64,000 bases of DNA from Octopus sinensis (GCF_006345805.1 NC_043005.1:81282001-81346000), one strand, 5' to 3'. Shown: positions 1-13,713, counted from the stretch's first letter. The notes: generated by a model from the letters alone, not told the origin. A program made the numbers and translations.

Positions 1-878
1 TTCTCTCACTTAAAGATTTCCGTTTTCTTCCCATGCGATATTTACTTCAACTTAATTGATTTCAGCTTTACAAAAGGGCAACAGCATTTAAAACTATTTA
101 CTATGAATTTGAAACAAGAATTATAAATATAACTAGTAAAAACATTAATTAATATTAAATATTTAATTTTAGCGAATCATATGACGCATGTTGAAAAGAC
201 ATACAAAAATATATATAAAGCATTTTCTGTAAAAATACAAGAGGATAATGAAAATGTTTTCATATATTGAATTTCATTCACTTTGATTGTGTTGTTGCGG
301 TTAAACAATCTAAGTGGTACAGGCGCATTCCGTTGTTGTTTGACACCAGTCTTGCTCTAACCGAGTTTTTGCTTTAAGGTTATCCATATGTGACCATTCC
401 GTTCTGTTCTTATCTGCTGGTAAACTGGCAATATATTATTCAATGTGTCGTTTATGAAGACTGAAGTAGTGTGGTTTTAGGGGCATTTGAATACTGTTTC
501 CTGAAGATACATGAGTATGCAGTCTCCGCTGTTTGTTGTCTCGGATATTTCTGGTCCACGATTGGTAGTGCTGGAGATTTTTCATTTCCCAACAGGCTAA
601 ATTGACGTAAATTTCATTGAAATGATCACAAAAGGTTTTTCAAGAAGCCCTGTAAATTTCCTGCTATCGATACTCTGTCGTAGACCTGACTAGTACTCTA
701 CAAAGCCTAGGCGTTATTCACTATAGAGAATTTCTCTATGGAAGGCTTCTACAGTACACTCACAACATCTAATTGCTTCATCTAAAGGTACACACAAACC
801 ATCTCTAGTCTCTAGATTTCAGGTTCACTGTCTTCTCATACCACCTTTTCTATCTACTATAATAACATCTAGTATTGT

Positions 879-1180
879 GGAGACACATGGCCTAGTGGTT
901 AGAACGATGGACTTGCGGTAGAGGGATCGCGGGTTCGAATCTCAGACCCGGCGATGTGTGTGTTTATGAGCGAAACACCTAAGATCCACGCCGCTCTGGC
1001 AGAAGGTAATGGTGAACTTCTGCTGACTCTTTCGCCACAACTTTCTCTCACTCTATCCTCCTGAATCTTGCAGCTCACCTGCGACGGACCGGCTTCCCGT
1101 CCAGGTGGGGAACCTCTACGCCAAAGAAACCGGGAAACCGGTCCATTGAGCCAGGCGTGGCTCGAGAAGGAACAAACATA
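879..1180 (+). mobile_element. tRNA-derived SINE (body B, tail T1), full length
   Basis: Pol III A-box TGGCCTAGTGG and B-box GGTTCGAATC; tail ...GGCTCGAGAAGGAACAAAC; flanking direct repeat ATAATAACAT (859-868 / 1178-1187); homologous copy at 40880-41190 (-). Confidence 0.9.
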
Positions 1181-2313
1181 ATAACATTTACATTAATAGT
1201 AACAATATTTCTGTCTACCTTGCCCTGAAGAGTCCATGTGCTTTATTATTTTCTACAAACCCAACGAGTATAACAAGTGATGCTTTCCACAACCTAATCC
1301 TAGATACTTTAAGTATAAGAGAAAAAGACCTTGGAAACGTGACTGGCATTTCTTTGACCATAGGTCATTTATTGTTCATCAGAGGTGACCTCCGATAAGG
1401 AAGGATCTTAACAATAACCTTGCTTGTTATCTTTCTTGTATTGGGTGATGTTTACAAGTTGTGCATGAGAGGGAGATCTTGGCTACATCGTTTCTTTCAA
1501 ATCTTCTGCTTTTCTTCGCATGAAAGTTTTTACGTTGCTTATGGAAATATTTTATAAATTATGTACAGCAAAAAGTATTGCATTCCACAGACACAGAAGT
1601 TTTCTCGTTTTCTACTTTATCTATGCATTTATTTGAAAAGTTGTATTTGTGTGTTTTTGATGTTTCTCTATTTCTTTATTTTCTTCATTTAAGATCCTGT
1701 GAGGATTATATTCCAGACTTAGAAATATGCCAACTGAGAAATATTCTAAGATGACTTCAAAGAATTTTACTTAAATACAAGGAAGCACAAGACAGAAAAA
1801 CTAGAAAGGTGGAAAATGGGATCTATCAAATATCTTACTTTGAAGCCTTGCACAAAATCTCTCTTCCTAGCTGAAGATTGTAAAAGTAAATATGCTTTTC
1901 TTTTTGTTATTAGCTGATTTTCTAAGATTCTTTTTCTTTTGCATTCACAATTATTTTATTTTGTTTTATTTTTTTACTTTCTTTGACATTTTAGTTTTTA
2001 TTGAATACATGGATAGAAATTTCCTATCGATTCTTTTTGAATTTAATATATTTTCCTAACAATTCTTCAATTACATTAACTGCACTACTTACGATGAAGC
2101 AAATCATAACTTGGTTACAATATATACTTACGCTAGAAAATTATGCGAAATTTCTCCAGATTTCTGTCCATATATAAAGTAATAGGAAACGCAAAATATA
2201 ATATATAATGTGCAGAATCAGAGAGTAGCATTTACGCCGCGTGTCAAAATACGCACAAAACCTTAATTAGCATGAAATTATAATATAATCATGCATTTTT
2301 AGAAAATGATAAA

Positions 2314-3020
2314 TATTGAGTTGGACAAAGCATTTCTCTTTATTTTAAGCGAAAATAAGACACATTTTAAATACAAAGCAATTTATTGAATCAACGATAT
2401 AATTATTGTTTCGTTGCAGTATGTTTTATTATCCAATATTTCGTACTCAAAGAATTTTCTGTCTTTACTAACGTAACGCTCTTCCAGGTGCAGCTTTACA
2501 TTCTGTATAGAGGTAAAGCTTTGTCTCTTCAAGGAATTTTGAGGACACCGAAGCAGGTGGGAAACTGAAGATATTAGGTAGCGCGACTTTGGAGGATGCT
2601 GCAATAATTCCCAGAAGTATTCCCAGCAATACTTTCCAGAAGCCTCTGCCATTTCAGCAAAAAATTATGCAGTAAAACATCGTCGTGCTGAAAGACAATG
2701 CCCTTACGATTAGCAAGTCCCGGATACTCTACGTGGTCCTCTTCTAATCGTAACACACATCCGAATTCATGGTCTTATCCGTGGAAAGAAGATCGTAATA
2801 GATAATGCATCCAGTACCACCAAATTGAAAGAGTTCTGCTTTGGAGATTACTTGTGGTGGTTCGCCACCCTTCTGCCATGATAGTTTGAGTTTCATGTTA
2901 TTATTGACGATTCGTTTTCCCTCCCCTGTCATCGTTCTCTCTCTCTAAAAAAAAAGTTCGTTTTCTTCGCGTTTCTGCAACGAATCACAGATGAAAATCC
3001 GTTGGGTGACGTTATGTTTA
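2314..3020 (-). pseudogene. Decayed mariner transposase, 3' two-thirds plus putative 3' terminal inverted repeat
   Basis: Frameshifted pieces read RIFICDSLQKREENELF / MTGEGKRIVNNN (TGDEKW-like) / IIYYDLLSTDKTMNSDV / NRKGIVFQHDD (HDNARPH-like) / WELLQHPPKS...SHLLRCPQNSL (HPPYSPDLAPSD-like); TATTGAGTTGGAC at ~2314 resembles a mariner TIR. Confidence 0.85.
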
Positions 3021-3024
3021 TTCA

Positions 3025-3200
3025 ATGGATCGGGGCCCATGGTACTGAACACTCGATTTGGATATTAGACAAATATTTGCGATTATCCTGGTCGTGTAAC
3101 GGGGGCGAGAGAGCACGAATAACTCGTATGATAATGGAGCTAAGAAATTCAAATTAGGCGTAACTGAAAGATAGTATATACTTTTTAGATTTAAGTGTTC
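3025..3200 (-). mobile_element. Possible CR1/L2-type LINE C-terminal fragment
   Basis: RYTTR...SVQYHGP resembles the conserved YNTR...SIxYxGP C-terminus of L2/Crack/CR1 ORF2; short and degenerate. Confidence 0.3.
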
Positions 3201-4029
3201 CAACATACTACTGAATTCTAGATACCAAATTTTCAACAAATGCAGAAATGTGGGCAAATCTTTTCTGGCGAAGTGGAGGACACCACCCTCTCTGACATGA
3301 GCAGCTATCTCAAAGATCTTGGACTCTTCTCCTCTGAATTATTCCACTACAACTAACTTATTTATGGTTTTACGATCAAAAAGGACATGATTAATTTTCT
3401 TCCTTTTTTCTTCTCTTTCCATTTTTATTAACCTTTCTAGGTTTTCCATATACCTTCCCGTTGTTTTTCTCGTGATATCTGTTATACCAGCGTCCAGTTT
3501 TGTAATTTGTATAGACCGTATTCTCAGAGATTGAGATCGCTTCGAAACACAATGCGCATTTCATAAATCTGCCTAGACCCGTGTCTCAAATTCAGGTAAG
3601 TATTAGAAGCCTGTATGCTTTTACTGCATACATGAAATTGTGTGTGTGTGTGTGTGTGTGCGCGCGCATATGTGTATGTACGCACGCGTGTGTAGTTGTA
3701 GAAAAGATGTACTTGTATGAAAGCATACGCCTATTTGCATATCAATATTCAGCTGTAGCTTTCACTATTACTGATGAGATATGCTACTGAATAAGTGTAA
3801 ATTGCTATATAAGACTGCACTGTTTCTTTCACCGCTCTGAGAATCGAAAACAATGCATATATTGTACCGTATTAGTGATCGCGCCCATATAAGATATGGC
3901 GTCTTATATGTCTCAACGAAATGCCTTTACACACGCACATATATATATGTATGTATAGGTATATGTGTGTGCATGTATATGTATATATAAAATGATTCCG
4001 CTGAGACTTATATATATTCCCGCAGATTA

Positions 4030-5812
4030 AGTGGGAATATATATATACTTAGATAGGGAATTTCTGGAACCTGGAGGTGGTCTATACGAGGATGACACTT
4101 TTATCTTCAATAACATCTCTAATAGAATATTAGAAATATATAAATTTTTGGAAAATAGTGTGTTATCCATCACTATCGAAAATGAACATAACTCCATCAA
4201 CTTCTTAGGTAGGAAAATTCCGGAACTTGGAGGGGGTTTATAGTGGGAGAGGCACATTTTACCACAGATAACATCTCTACTAGAAGATTAGAAATAAGGG
4301 GATGACCCACTTTTTTACTCTAAATAACATCTCGAATAGAAGATCAGAAATATATATATCCTCACTATCAAAAGTGAACATGACTGCCTCAACTTCCTGG
4401 ACATTAACCTAGAAACGGGTAAATATGAAACCTACCATAAACCTAATACTAGGGTAAGGTACATTAAGGTAAATAGTAACAATGCAAGAACTATTCTACA
4501 TAAATTAGTTATAAATCTGAGAATAATATTAGAAAAAACCTCAGGAAACAGTTAGAAAACGTAAATGAACTAAGCACGTATGACAAGGATAGAGATTGTA
4601 AAGAGATAGTAAAAATCGAAGACAGTATGATAGCAAGGAAGGTTATAACACTATAATAAGAGCAATTTTGACTCTATGGATACAAACGAAAACGAGACAA
4701 TATAGACCAAAAGGTGGGATTTGCGAAGCTAAGCGCTGATGCTCCTAACAACTCGGTAAAAATCACAACCCATGTATAAATTAAAACAATCCCTTAAAAA
4801 TCATTCTAAGAACAATATAATATAGTTCATAATACCTTTTGCAAAGCAAGATGAGAGCTAATATAGTGAAATTATTCTACGAAACAATATCTAAATATTT
4901 TTCTGAGATAAATAAGTACTAGGAAATTATAAACTCGCACAAGATATGAGCTGGCTTTCGTACTTCTCGAAATATAGCACAGGTTATAGTAACACAAACT
5001 ACTAAAAGACTAAATAAGGATAAAGAGAATACAAATGAATTAGTAAATGACCAAAAAATGAAGAATTTAATGATGGATTGAGATACACAACATTCGAAGG
5101 GAAATAACTCATAGAGGTACCCCACGAGTATCTAAAGTTAAATATAAGGGGAAAATAGTAAATATAATACTAATAACAAAAACAATAATAGAAATAAAAA
5201 CACTGATAGTACTAATGTAAATGCTGGTATTTATAATAGGAGTAATGACCATGTAAGGGAAACGATATAAACTTTAAGATAGATGAAGAAAGCAATGCTA
5301 AAATGGTTAATAATTAGGAATCCCAACGTAGCAAAAGTATATAGCAAGAGGAACTCATAAGACATTGTATACAAGCAGAGTATATCTAGTAAGGAAACTA
5401 GAAATGCTCCTAGAAATATATCCTGTGATTGTGTCAAGGATGATCGATGCCCATTAAGGAATATTTGTATATATATGCATGTAAGATAACTTCATAGGGA
5501 GAAGATGACTACTATACAGGTTCTATCAAAAATTATATAAAAAGAATGATTGCGAAACATGATAACGCTTTCTGGGATAGACGAAAAGAAGTAAACACTA
5601 GTTTAGTAAACTAATTTTGACAATTAATGATAAAAGTACGGAACTTACACTTTGATTGAAATAATTAGCCGGGAAAAAACTTATAGCATTGTGAACAAAA
5701 GATGTGAACTCTGTATAGATGAACTTTATCAAATCCCTACATGAAAACAATTTATTAAACAATAAGAAAGAATGACGTTTTTATTGTGTGCATAGGGTTA
5801 AATATACATTTA
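4030..5812 (+). pseudogene. Decayed Penelope-like retroelement (RT C-terminus plus GIY-YIG endonuclease)
   Basis: GGLYEDD; ITIENEHNSINFL; LNFLDINLETGKYETYHKPNT..YIKVNSN (PLE RT palm/thumb); CDCVKDDRCPL..C; YYTGS; KHDNAF; KRCELCIDE; LLNNKKE..CVH (PLE GIY-YIG region); many stops and frameshifts. Confidence 0.85.
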
Positions 5813-5831
5813 ATATATTTTAAATAAATTA

Positions 5832-6063
5832 GGCAGCGAGCTGGCAGAAACGTTAGCACGCCGGGCGAAATGCTTTGCGGTATTTCGTCTGCCACTGCAT
5901 TCTGAGTTCAGATTCCGCCGTGGTCAACTTTACCTTCCATTCTTTCGGGGTCGATAAATTAAGTACCAGTTACGCACTGGGGGTCGATGTAATCGACTTA
6001 ATCCGTTTGTCTGTCCTTGTTTGTCCCCTTTCTGTTTAGTCCCTTGTGGGTAATAAACAAATA
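5832..6063 (+). mobile_element. SINE family M (GGCxGCGAGCTGGCAGAAACGTTAGC head), full length
   Basis: tRNA-like head, central TTCGGGGTCGATAAATTAAGTACCAG domain, approximate TSD TATATTT(T)AAATAAATT; many related fragments elsewhere in the window. Confidence 0.85.
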
Positions 6064-7193
6064 TATATTTAAATAAATTGAAATGCATATAATTAAATAG
6101 AAATTGAGTGAATAATAAAATTATACATAGGTCTAATTATTAAAGTTGAATATAGTTTCGTTGTTTTTGAATATTTTTATTAGAAGAATTAAACACCATG
6201 TATATGCTACCTAAAATGGTGCCTCCACACTATTAATTAAATTGCGGAATAACATAGGAACCCAAACCATCAATTAATATATCTAAATAAATTACAATAT
6301 TAATAAGAGGGAAAGCGATTTCTTGTATATTCATAAAGTTTAAAAAATTATATTTATATTTATTGAATTTAAATAAATCTAATCTAAATAAATACTGTAT
6401 GAATAATACAATCCCTAAGTTCCTAAAGTTGAATAACTTTTCTTTGTAATTAAATGAATTTAAATAAAAATAAACTCTGTGTACATAGTGAATAAGAATC
6501 ATACATCTATACCATTGGTTCCCATCAGTGGCTAGCAACCCTTTTATTCGCATGAGTTTCCCCACAGAACCCTTTTAATATGCTTATACTTATGTATATA
6601 TACATATATACATACATACATACATATGTGTGTGTGCGTGTGTGTGAAATTTTGAATTTCGTTTACGGACCTAGTCCTACCTTTGTCGACCACCATCAGT
6701 TTACGGACCCCAGGGTGAGAACCACCGATCCATACTGTTAATTAAATAGTTAATTATAGGTACAAACCTAAACTATCAAGTAATATATCTAAATAAATAA
6801 TTCATGTTAGTAAAACTTGGTATATCTTCTTACAATAAGACTAAACAAAAAGACAATGATTAGAAGGTAACAAATAATTACATAGGTAGATTTATATTGT
6901 ACCAATACATATGAACCTTTCAATATATTGTGAACATGATAGATAGTCATAATGGTAGCTATATAAACCTATATAGTTGATGAAGAATGTGTGTTAGAAA
7001 TAAAGGTAAATGACCAGCTTGTAACAAACTGCCGTTTTGCCCCACTAAAAGGGGGTGAATAGTGATATGACCTAGTTCTTCTGAACTATACATATCCCAA
7101 TGTCCAGTGAACTCAACTTCAGCCTCTGGCTATTTTTAAAACGGAATTCAAGACGCACAGAATACAATTCAATTCGAATGAACTCTCCAGCCA

Positions 7194-7270
7194 TTGACGA
7201 AGGTTTTGCTCTTTAAAATTCAGAATAATTGCATGATATGGATTTAAGTAATGAAAACCGAAACACCCGA
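7194..7270 (+). ncRNA. Degenerate hammerhead-like motif with long stem II insert, in a pLTR-like repeat
   Basis: TTGACGA-A-GGTTTT...(~47 nt)...AAAACC-GAAA-CACCCG. Confidence 0.35.
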
Positions 7271-7548
7271 AAAAAGCCTCAATTGACTATTATTATAATA
7301 AATATATTGATTATTCTGTGTACACATTCTCTATTTACTTTGCATTGTTAAAATTTTTCTCCTATATAATAATGATGAAAAGATCTATCACAAAAACAGA
7401 TTTTAATAGTGCAAGGTACTAAATATCCGAGAAGAACCAACGATATGCACCTGCACATGTGGAATTCCCAGTACCGCTTATTGATATGAAGCTAAGGTGG
7501 TGTACGCTTGGATATATATCCAAAGGAAAGAACCTCTTTCCACACAGT

Positions 7549-7605
<57 letters not shown>

Positions 7606-7639
7606 GTATGCATATGTATGGGTGTGTATGTGTGTGTGT

Positions 7640-7735
7640 AGTTCATGTTTAAAGAAACCAAAAAAACGAAGACAGGTGAAAGAACGATAAGCAGGTGTGT
7701 TAGTTTGATACATGGGAAGAATGGAAAATGCTGCT
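7640..7735 (-). mobile_element. Fragment of the hammerhead-bearing repeat family (3' part)
   Basis: Similar to the 3' part of the copies at 10090-10330, 15841-15977, 23060-23230 and 54188-54282. Confidence 0.5.
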
Positions 7736-8850
7736 TTTCTAGCCCAGTTATCATCAAATATGTACATTTCCTCACGAGCCTCGAAAATAGTTTGTGGCAG
7801 AGCCACCCACATTTATTATGGATGTAGCAGTTTTCCTGCATTTGTTGTCTCTGTAAAATGTTTCATATCACAGGTAATTATAGTTAAAATATATTGTTGT
7901 TAAAAAGACTAAAATATATATTTTCTTGAACATCCGGACCAACTTGGATAGACTAGGCACGAGCAATTATGCTCCATCAGTTCAGTAATAAATGGCGCTG
8001 TTATACGGCTATACTTTGAGATGATTGTGTTGGTGTTACTGAAAATGAACTCAACAATGATGTAACATCAATGATCTAACAACAGTGGTGCGAATAATAG
8101 CAATAGTGGTGTTTGTTGTTATGGTAATTGTTAATAATTGTATAGGAAGTGGAAGCAGTGGAACCAGTACAGACAGTTGATGTAGTAGAGGTAGCAGTAA
8201 TGGTGCAGCTATGATTGTGCAACTTAGCGTCGATCGCATGAATATGGTCTTGTTGATCCGGATACTCCCACTTATTACAATGTTGCCGTTGACAGTGGTC
8301 ATACTTGGTATCCTGTGATTGTTCGTTCCATTGTTGTTCTTTTCCTTTCATTTATCGTAGGACGATTGGATTGTGACCCCACACGGGAAGAAGTGTCGAC
8401 GCTGCCTTTTCAAATGTGATTTCTCTACGACTGGTATCTTATTGAAAGATACCTATGGGAAGTTTTTTGATATTTTATCAAAATTTGTTGTTTGAAATAT
8501 GAACAAAGTTTCAACTGACCAATTCCACAGAATGCCTTTCAGTTTGGCATTAAAAACTAGAACGCAAAATTTGGCAGTAAACTTTCTCAAACCCAGTTTA
8601 CAATCTATAAAAATAAGAGTGAACTCAATCGGCGTCATGCTGATAATGCAATAATAATAATAAGATAAAGAATAATAACAATAAGAATGATAACAATAAT
8701 AATAGTAATAATAAGTTTTATTGCTTTATTATTCGGAGTTAGCATTAACATTCGAAAAAAGGTCAATATTATAGTTTGATGCTTCGAGCGACTCATCTTG
8801 CATGTCAATAATGCAGATGATATGAAATATTCAATATCCATCCATACATG

Positions 8851-8887
<37 letters not shown>

Positions 8888-8957
8888 TGTGTGTGTGTGT
8901 CTATGCATGTATATATATATATATTATATATATATATATGTGTGTGTGTGTCTATGC

Positions 8958-9002
<45 letters not shown>

Positions 9003-10089
9003 GTGTGTGTGTGTGTGTCTCTGTGTATGGATGGATGTATATATCAGTGCATGGATAGACACATATACATACAACATATTCTTGAAAAAATATTGACAGA
9101 TAATATAGATTTTATTGATTAAGCATTATTATTTCAGAATAAAGGGATTTCAGCTAGAAAGTTATAAAACAGAAAAACACAATCAATTTAAGCCAAGATT
9201 ACAATAGCTCTTGCAATGCGTTCTTTGAACAATAGAATATATGCGTTGCTTTCTTCCATTATCTCTTAGTTTTCATATATGTTTTTGTTTCATTTTTATT
9301 GACTACTTTGATATGATTATATATTAGTGTGTGGGGATGCACATTACACACAAGCACATACACACAAACACACGCACATATGTATGAATATGTATGTATG
9401 TGTGTGCGTATATATATATTTATATATAATTTTTGTGTACGCAGCGCGGCCGCACACGTACAAACATTTGAGCACGCATCCATATTTTTGTATCCGCCAG
9501 TGTATTTTAAACCTCTTTTGATAGTATTCAAATACTGCATTTTTGTTTAGTATTTTCCACCTATATATAAATTTTCATTTTCTCTACGTGCACTAAAGTC
9601 TAGCCATGTGGCTTAGTTTTTTTGTCAAAATCTGTCTAAAATTTTCGCTTCCTATCTCCCTCCATAGCTCTATCTTTCTCTGCTTTTATTGGGAATATGT
9701 CTCCTTGTTTCGAGCCAGCGTACAAGTGAGTTTATTTCAATAGTTAAACCTCTTTGATATTTTTTGTAGTTTATTTATTTATTTATCTAGTTTTCAATAT
9801 TGCATTGTACTTCCATTTTCTGTATAATTGCATCTACAAATTTCAGTCACTCTGAACATGCAAACATCAACTGGATTGCTGATTTTCTCTTCAGACTGTT
9901 TATATCGTGTATAACTTGAAATTGTTCTACACAATCCTCAATTATAACTGCACGAAAATCTTTATCTTATAACCTACTTGTTTATTCTCATTCAAATACA
10001 GCGCATATACTTCCCTTAAAGCTGTATGCATAAAATATATTGTTACATACTTCCCAGTAGTGTATATATATGTACGTATATACATATAT

Positions 10090-10330
10090 ACTTGAAATTT
10101 AGAGAAAAACAAAAGACGACGACAGATGTATGAACAACAAGCAGGAGTATTAGTCTGACGCTCGAGAAAGTGAGAAAGTCTTTTACGTTTGGAGCCTACG
10201 CTCTTCAACAGAAATGAATGAGAAATTAAACAGAGAGAGAATAAAAAAAAACGTGTGGATTTAGCGATCAAGCATGGTGACTGTTTAGGAAAAAAGGTTT
10301 GACAGGGGAGGTAGAAAGAAGGGGAGATAA
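10090..10330 (-). mobile_element. Penelope-type terminal repeat with minimal hammerhead motif (10178-10214)
   Basis: Reverse complement TTTCTGTTGAAGAGCGTAGGCTCCAAACGTAAAAGAC, followed by the same downstream sequence as the copies at 15841 and 23115. Confidence 0.7.
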
Positions 10331-10351
10331 TAAAGTATTGATCATCCCAAA

Positions 10352-10565
10352 ACCTCCTGCATGTGTAGCATGAAGCAGAGTCCTGTTGCTAGACATAGCG
10401 TATTCCACCAACCACCCTCTTAACTCAGGGCAGCACTACCTCTTTCAGGCACTTGATGTAGGCCAACGTATTGAGTGCGAGTCCGAGTGCCAACATGAAT
10501 GGAAGTATAACGTAGCGATCACTAGTGATCACTACAAACACAATGATGCTGACTGGATGTTTGAT
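10352..10565 (-). pseudogene. Tc1/mariner-superfamily transposase fragment (maT/DD37D-like)
   Basis: Reads IKHPVSIIVFVVITSDRYVILPFMLALGLALNTLAYIKCLKEVVLP*VKRVVGGIRYV*QQDSASCYTCRR, matching the MVFGVVTSDG..PF.F..GL.LNT..YI..L..VVLPW....YVWQQDSAPCH pattern. Confidence 0.8.
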
Positions 10566-10817
10566 TCTTCTGTATCCGAATCTTCTGCACTCTCATCAGA
10601 TTGACACGCTGATGTTCCACAATGTTTCTATTGGAGCTTCCGGCAAAAATGCTAAACGATACAGCATGTTGTTTCCAATTTTTGACAGAGTGAACTGAGT
10701 CATGATGCTGTTCCTTTCTGACCCTACTATACTGTGTAGTCGACACAATTAACAGCAAATAATGCGCCTGATCGAAATAAAGAAATATAAAATGGCGACA
10801 AATTATCCACCTCACAC

Positions 10818-10858
<41 letters not shown>

Positions 10859-11587
10859 CTATTGCAACCGCCTGACAACCTGTAATGGTTTGTTAAAGTG
10901 GTGGCACTGTTATAAAATATATAGCAGTCTTGAAGTGAAGTACTGGAGTTGTATTAAACGCTTCAAGGTTGGACCGCAACATTGCTGCTCTCCGACGAGT
11001 GAATTACCTAAGAGAGAAACGACACATGTATACATGTATGTAACGTATATCTATATACAGCGCTAAAATATATATGCGATGTGTGTATATATTCTATGCC
11101 TCTGTCTTGTACGTCTCCTCGTGTGACAAATTATTTACGGACATGAATTCATGATAAATTAAAAGCAGAGATGTAGTGAAAAATTAATGATAAGCATTTA
11201 CTAACAAATATGATGCAGCTACTAATTAAAAATACTAATGATTCACCGATATCATATATACAGTTAATTAGACAATTGAACAATTCGTTCGAAAACCCTA
11301 TCGAAATATAATGACAATGTTCAAATGGTTTACGTAGATACAGATCTTGTTTTTATTAATGTTATTCCATCAGCTTTCACAATTCTTACCTAAGAAGCAA
11401 TATACGAAGTTAATTTGATAGCTAGACATGTCTAGTGTATCGATATTCTAAATTTTAAACCAGTTTATATATTTGCTACCAAACGAAGCCAAACCAAACG
11501 AAAGCCAAACAACCGAACTAATAAAGAGATAGAACAAATTACGTATACTAAACATTAAAAATCAATACTGAATCAGATATCTCGTGT

Positions 11588-12110
<523 letters not shown>

Positions 12111-12142
12111 GAGTAACACACACATACACTCACACATATAAA

Positions 12143-12457
12143 TGGTTTCAGCATTTGATACACGAGCAGCAATTTCGGGGTAGTGGAAAGTCGATTACAT
12201 TGACCCCAGTGTTCAGTATAGTATATATTTTATCGACACGGACATGAGGAAAGAAAAAATGGACCTCGACAGAATTTTAGAATAGAACGTGCAGACAGAC
12301 GAAATTGTTCTATGTTTTTCGTTTAAGTGCGCCGACGTCGACTTTGTCTTTCATACTGTCAGCGTCAATAAACAAGAACCATCGAAGAACTGGGGTTGCT
12401 ACATTTGGCTTCTCCTTCTCTTCAAAACTGAGTCTTCTGTCCCAAAATGTGAAACCA
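12143..12457. mobile_element. Two decayed family-M SINE fragments in inverted orientation (12143-12305 minus, 12325-12457 plus)
   Basis: GTCGATTACATTGACCCCAGT...TTTTATCGAC on the left and GTCGACTTTGTCTTTCAT...ACTGGGG...GAAACC on the right. Confidence 0.65.
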
Positions 12458-12809
12458 TTATATTCAATCTTATATGTTCTTCGAAAACAGAAACCAAAAA
12501 GGAATTGTATCACGTTTACCCGAAACTTTATAAATTCTTATGGCATCAGAAACGAACAATTTTCCCTGGTAAGAATTCAGTTTCTAAAATTTGTTGAGAA
12601 ATACAAAAAATTATTTGGTCCAATGTTAGTACGCCTGTCATGTTTGCAGGAGATATGAGTTCGTGTCCAACATGCTTTCTTCGGCCATTCTGTATCTAAA
12701 AAGATTTTCCAACCCTGTATTCATATACTATTATTTATAGCTTTATATATACTTCGGGAAAGAAGCTCGAAAAGTATTATAGGTATGTTTAAATCTTACA
12801 TTCTAACAA

Positions 12810-12910
12810 TAGTTTCAAATTTTGCCACAGTTTCAGCAATTACATCGACCCCAGTACTAAACTGGTACATATTTTATCGACCACAAACAGATAAAAGGCA
12901 AAGTCGACCT
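12810..12910 (-). mobile_element. Family-M SINE fragment
   Basis: TACATCGACCCCAGTACTAAACTGGTAC...TTTTATCGAC...AAAGGCAAAGTCGACC. Confidence 0.7.
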
Positions 12911-13312
12911 AATAATGCTATTGATAATATATTTCCTGTTAACTTTTATCATTCAAAATAAAAAATATATATTGGAAATTTTAATATCTATAGTTTAAAA
13001 TGTTAAATTTAGACTTTAACATTTGACAAAAATATAGAAGCAAGAAGTAAAAAAAAATTGCGAAATAAATGTCTGTGTAATATAAAAATAAAATCGATGC
13101 GTGGAAAAAATTACTGTGAATATTCTCACAATAAATATTGGTGATGAGGTTAAGAGAAACTGCAGCGAGTAAATTGGAGAGGGCTTTACAGGAGATAGAA
13201 ATGTAGAAAAGGAGGTTCTACAATAGGAGGTTTGGTCGTACATCTTCATGATCAAGGCTGTTCTGAAGCTAAACAATAATATCAAGCAAACACTATAAAA
13301 TGAAAATAACGC

Positions 13313-13713
13313 TTACTCGTTTACTTGTTTCAGTCATGTGACTGTGGCCATGCTGGAGCACCGCCTTTAGTCGAGCAAATCGACCCCAGGGCTTATTCTT
13401 TGTAAGCCTCATACTTATTCTATCGGTCTCTTTTGCCGAACCGCTTGGTGACGGGGACGTAAACACACCAGCATCGGTTGTCAAGCGATGTTGGGGAGAC
13501 AAATACAGGCACACAAACATATACACAACCACATAAATAATATATATACATATACACGACAGGCTTTTTTCAGCTTCCGTCTACCAAATCCACTCACAAG
13601 GTTTTGGTTGGCACGAGGCTGTAGTAGACACTTGCCCAAGGTGCCATGTAGTTTGACTGAACCCGGAACTATGTGGTTCGTAAGCAAGCTACTTACCACG
13701 CAGCCACTCCTAC
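13313..13713 (-). mobile_element. SINE family A (dominant family with internal CA/TA microsatellite), near full length
   Basis: Reverse complement of the copy at 22382-22788: head GGAGTGGCTGCGTGGTAAG, ACCTTGGGCAAGTG, tail GGCGGTGCTCCAGCATGGCC...GACTGAAACAAGTAAA. Confidence 0.92.

Noticed and set aside
879-950. tRNA gene (also at 28540, 42618, 62130-62200)
   Set aside because: A/B boxes are present but there is no proper cloverleaf or acceptor stem, and each continues into a SINE body and tail.
8051-8351. Overlapping minus-strand ORFs rich in T/H/I
   Set aside because: Looks like decayed trinucleotide repeats; no domain and no clear exon boundaries.
10386-10604. 72-aa plus-strand ORF in a higher-GC patch
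   Set aside because: Antisense to a recognisable Tc1/mariner transposase fragment.
11366-11390. ATTGTGAAAGCTGAT on the minus strand resembling the 3' part of bantam miRNA
   Set aside because: The seed (GAGAUCA) is absent and I see no pre-miRNA hairpin.
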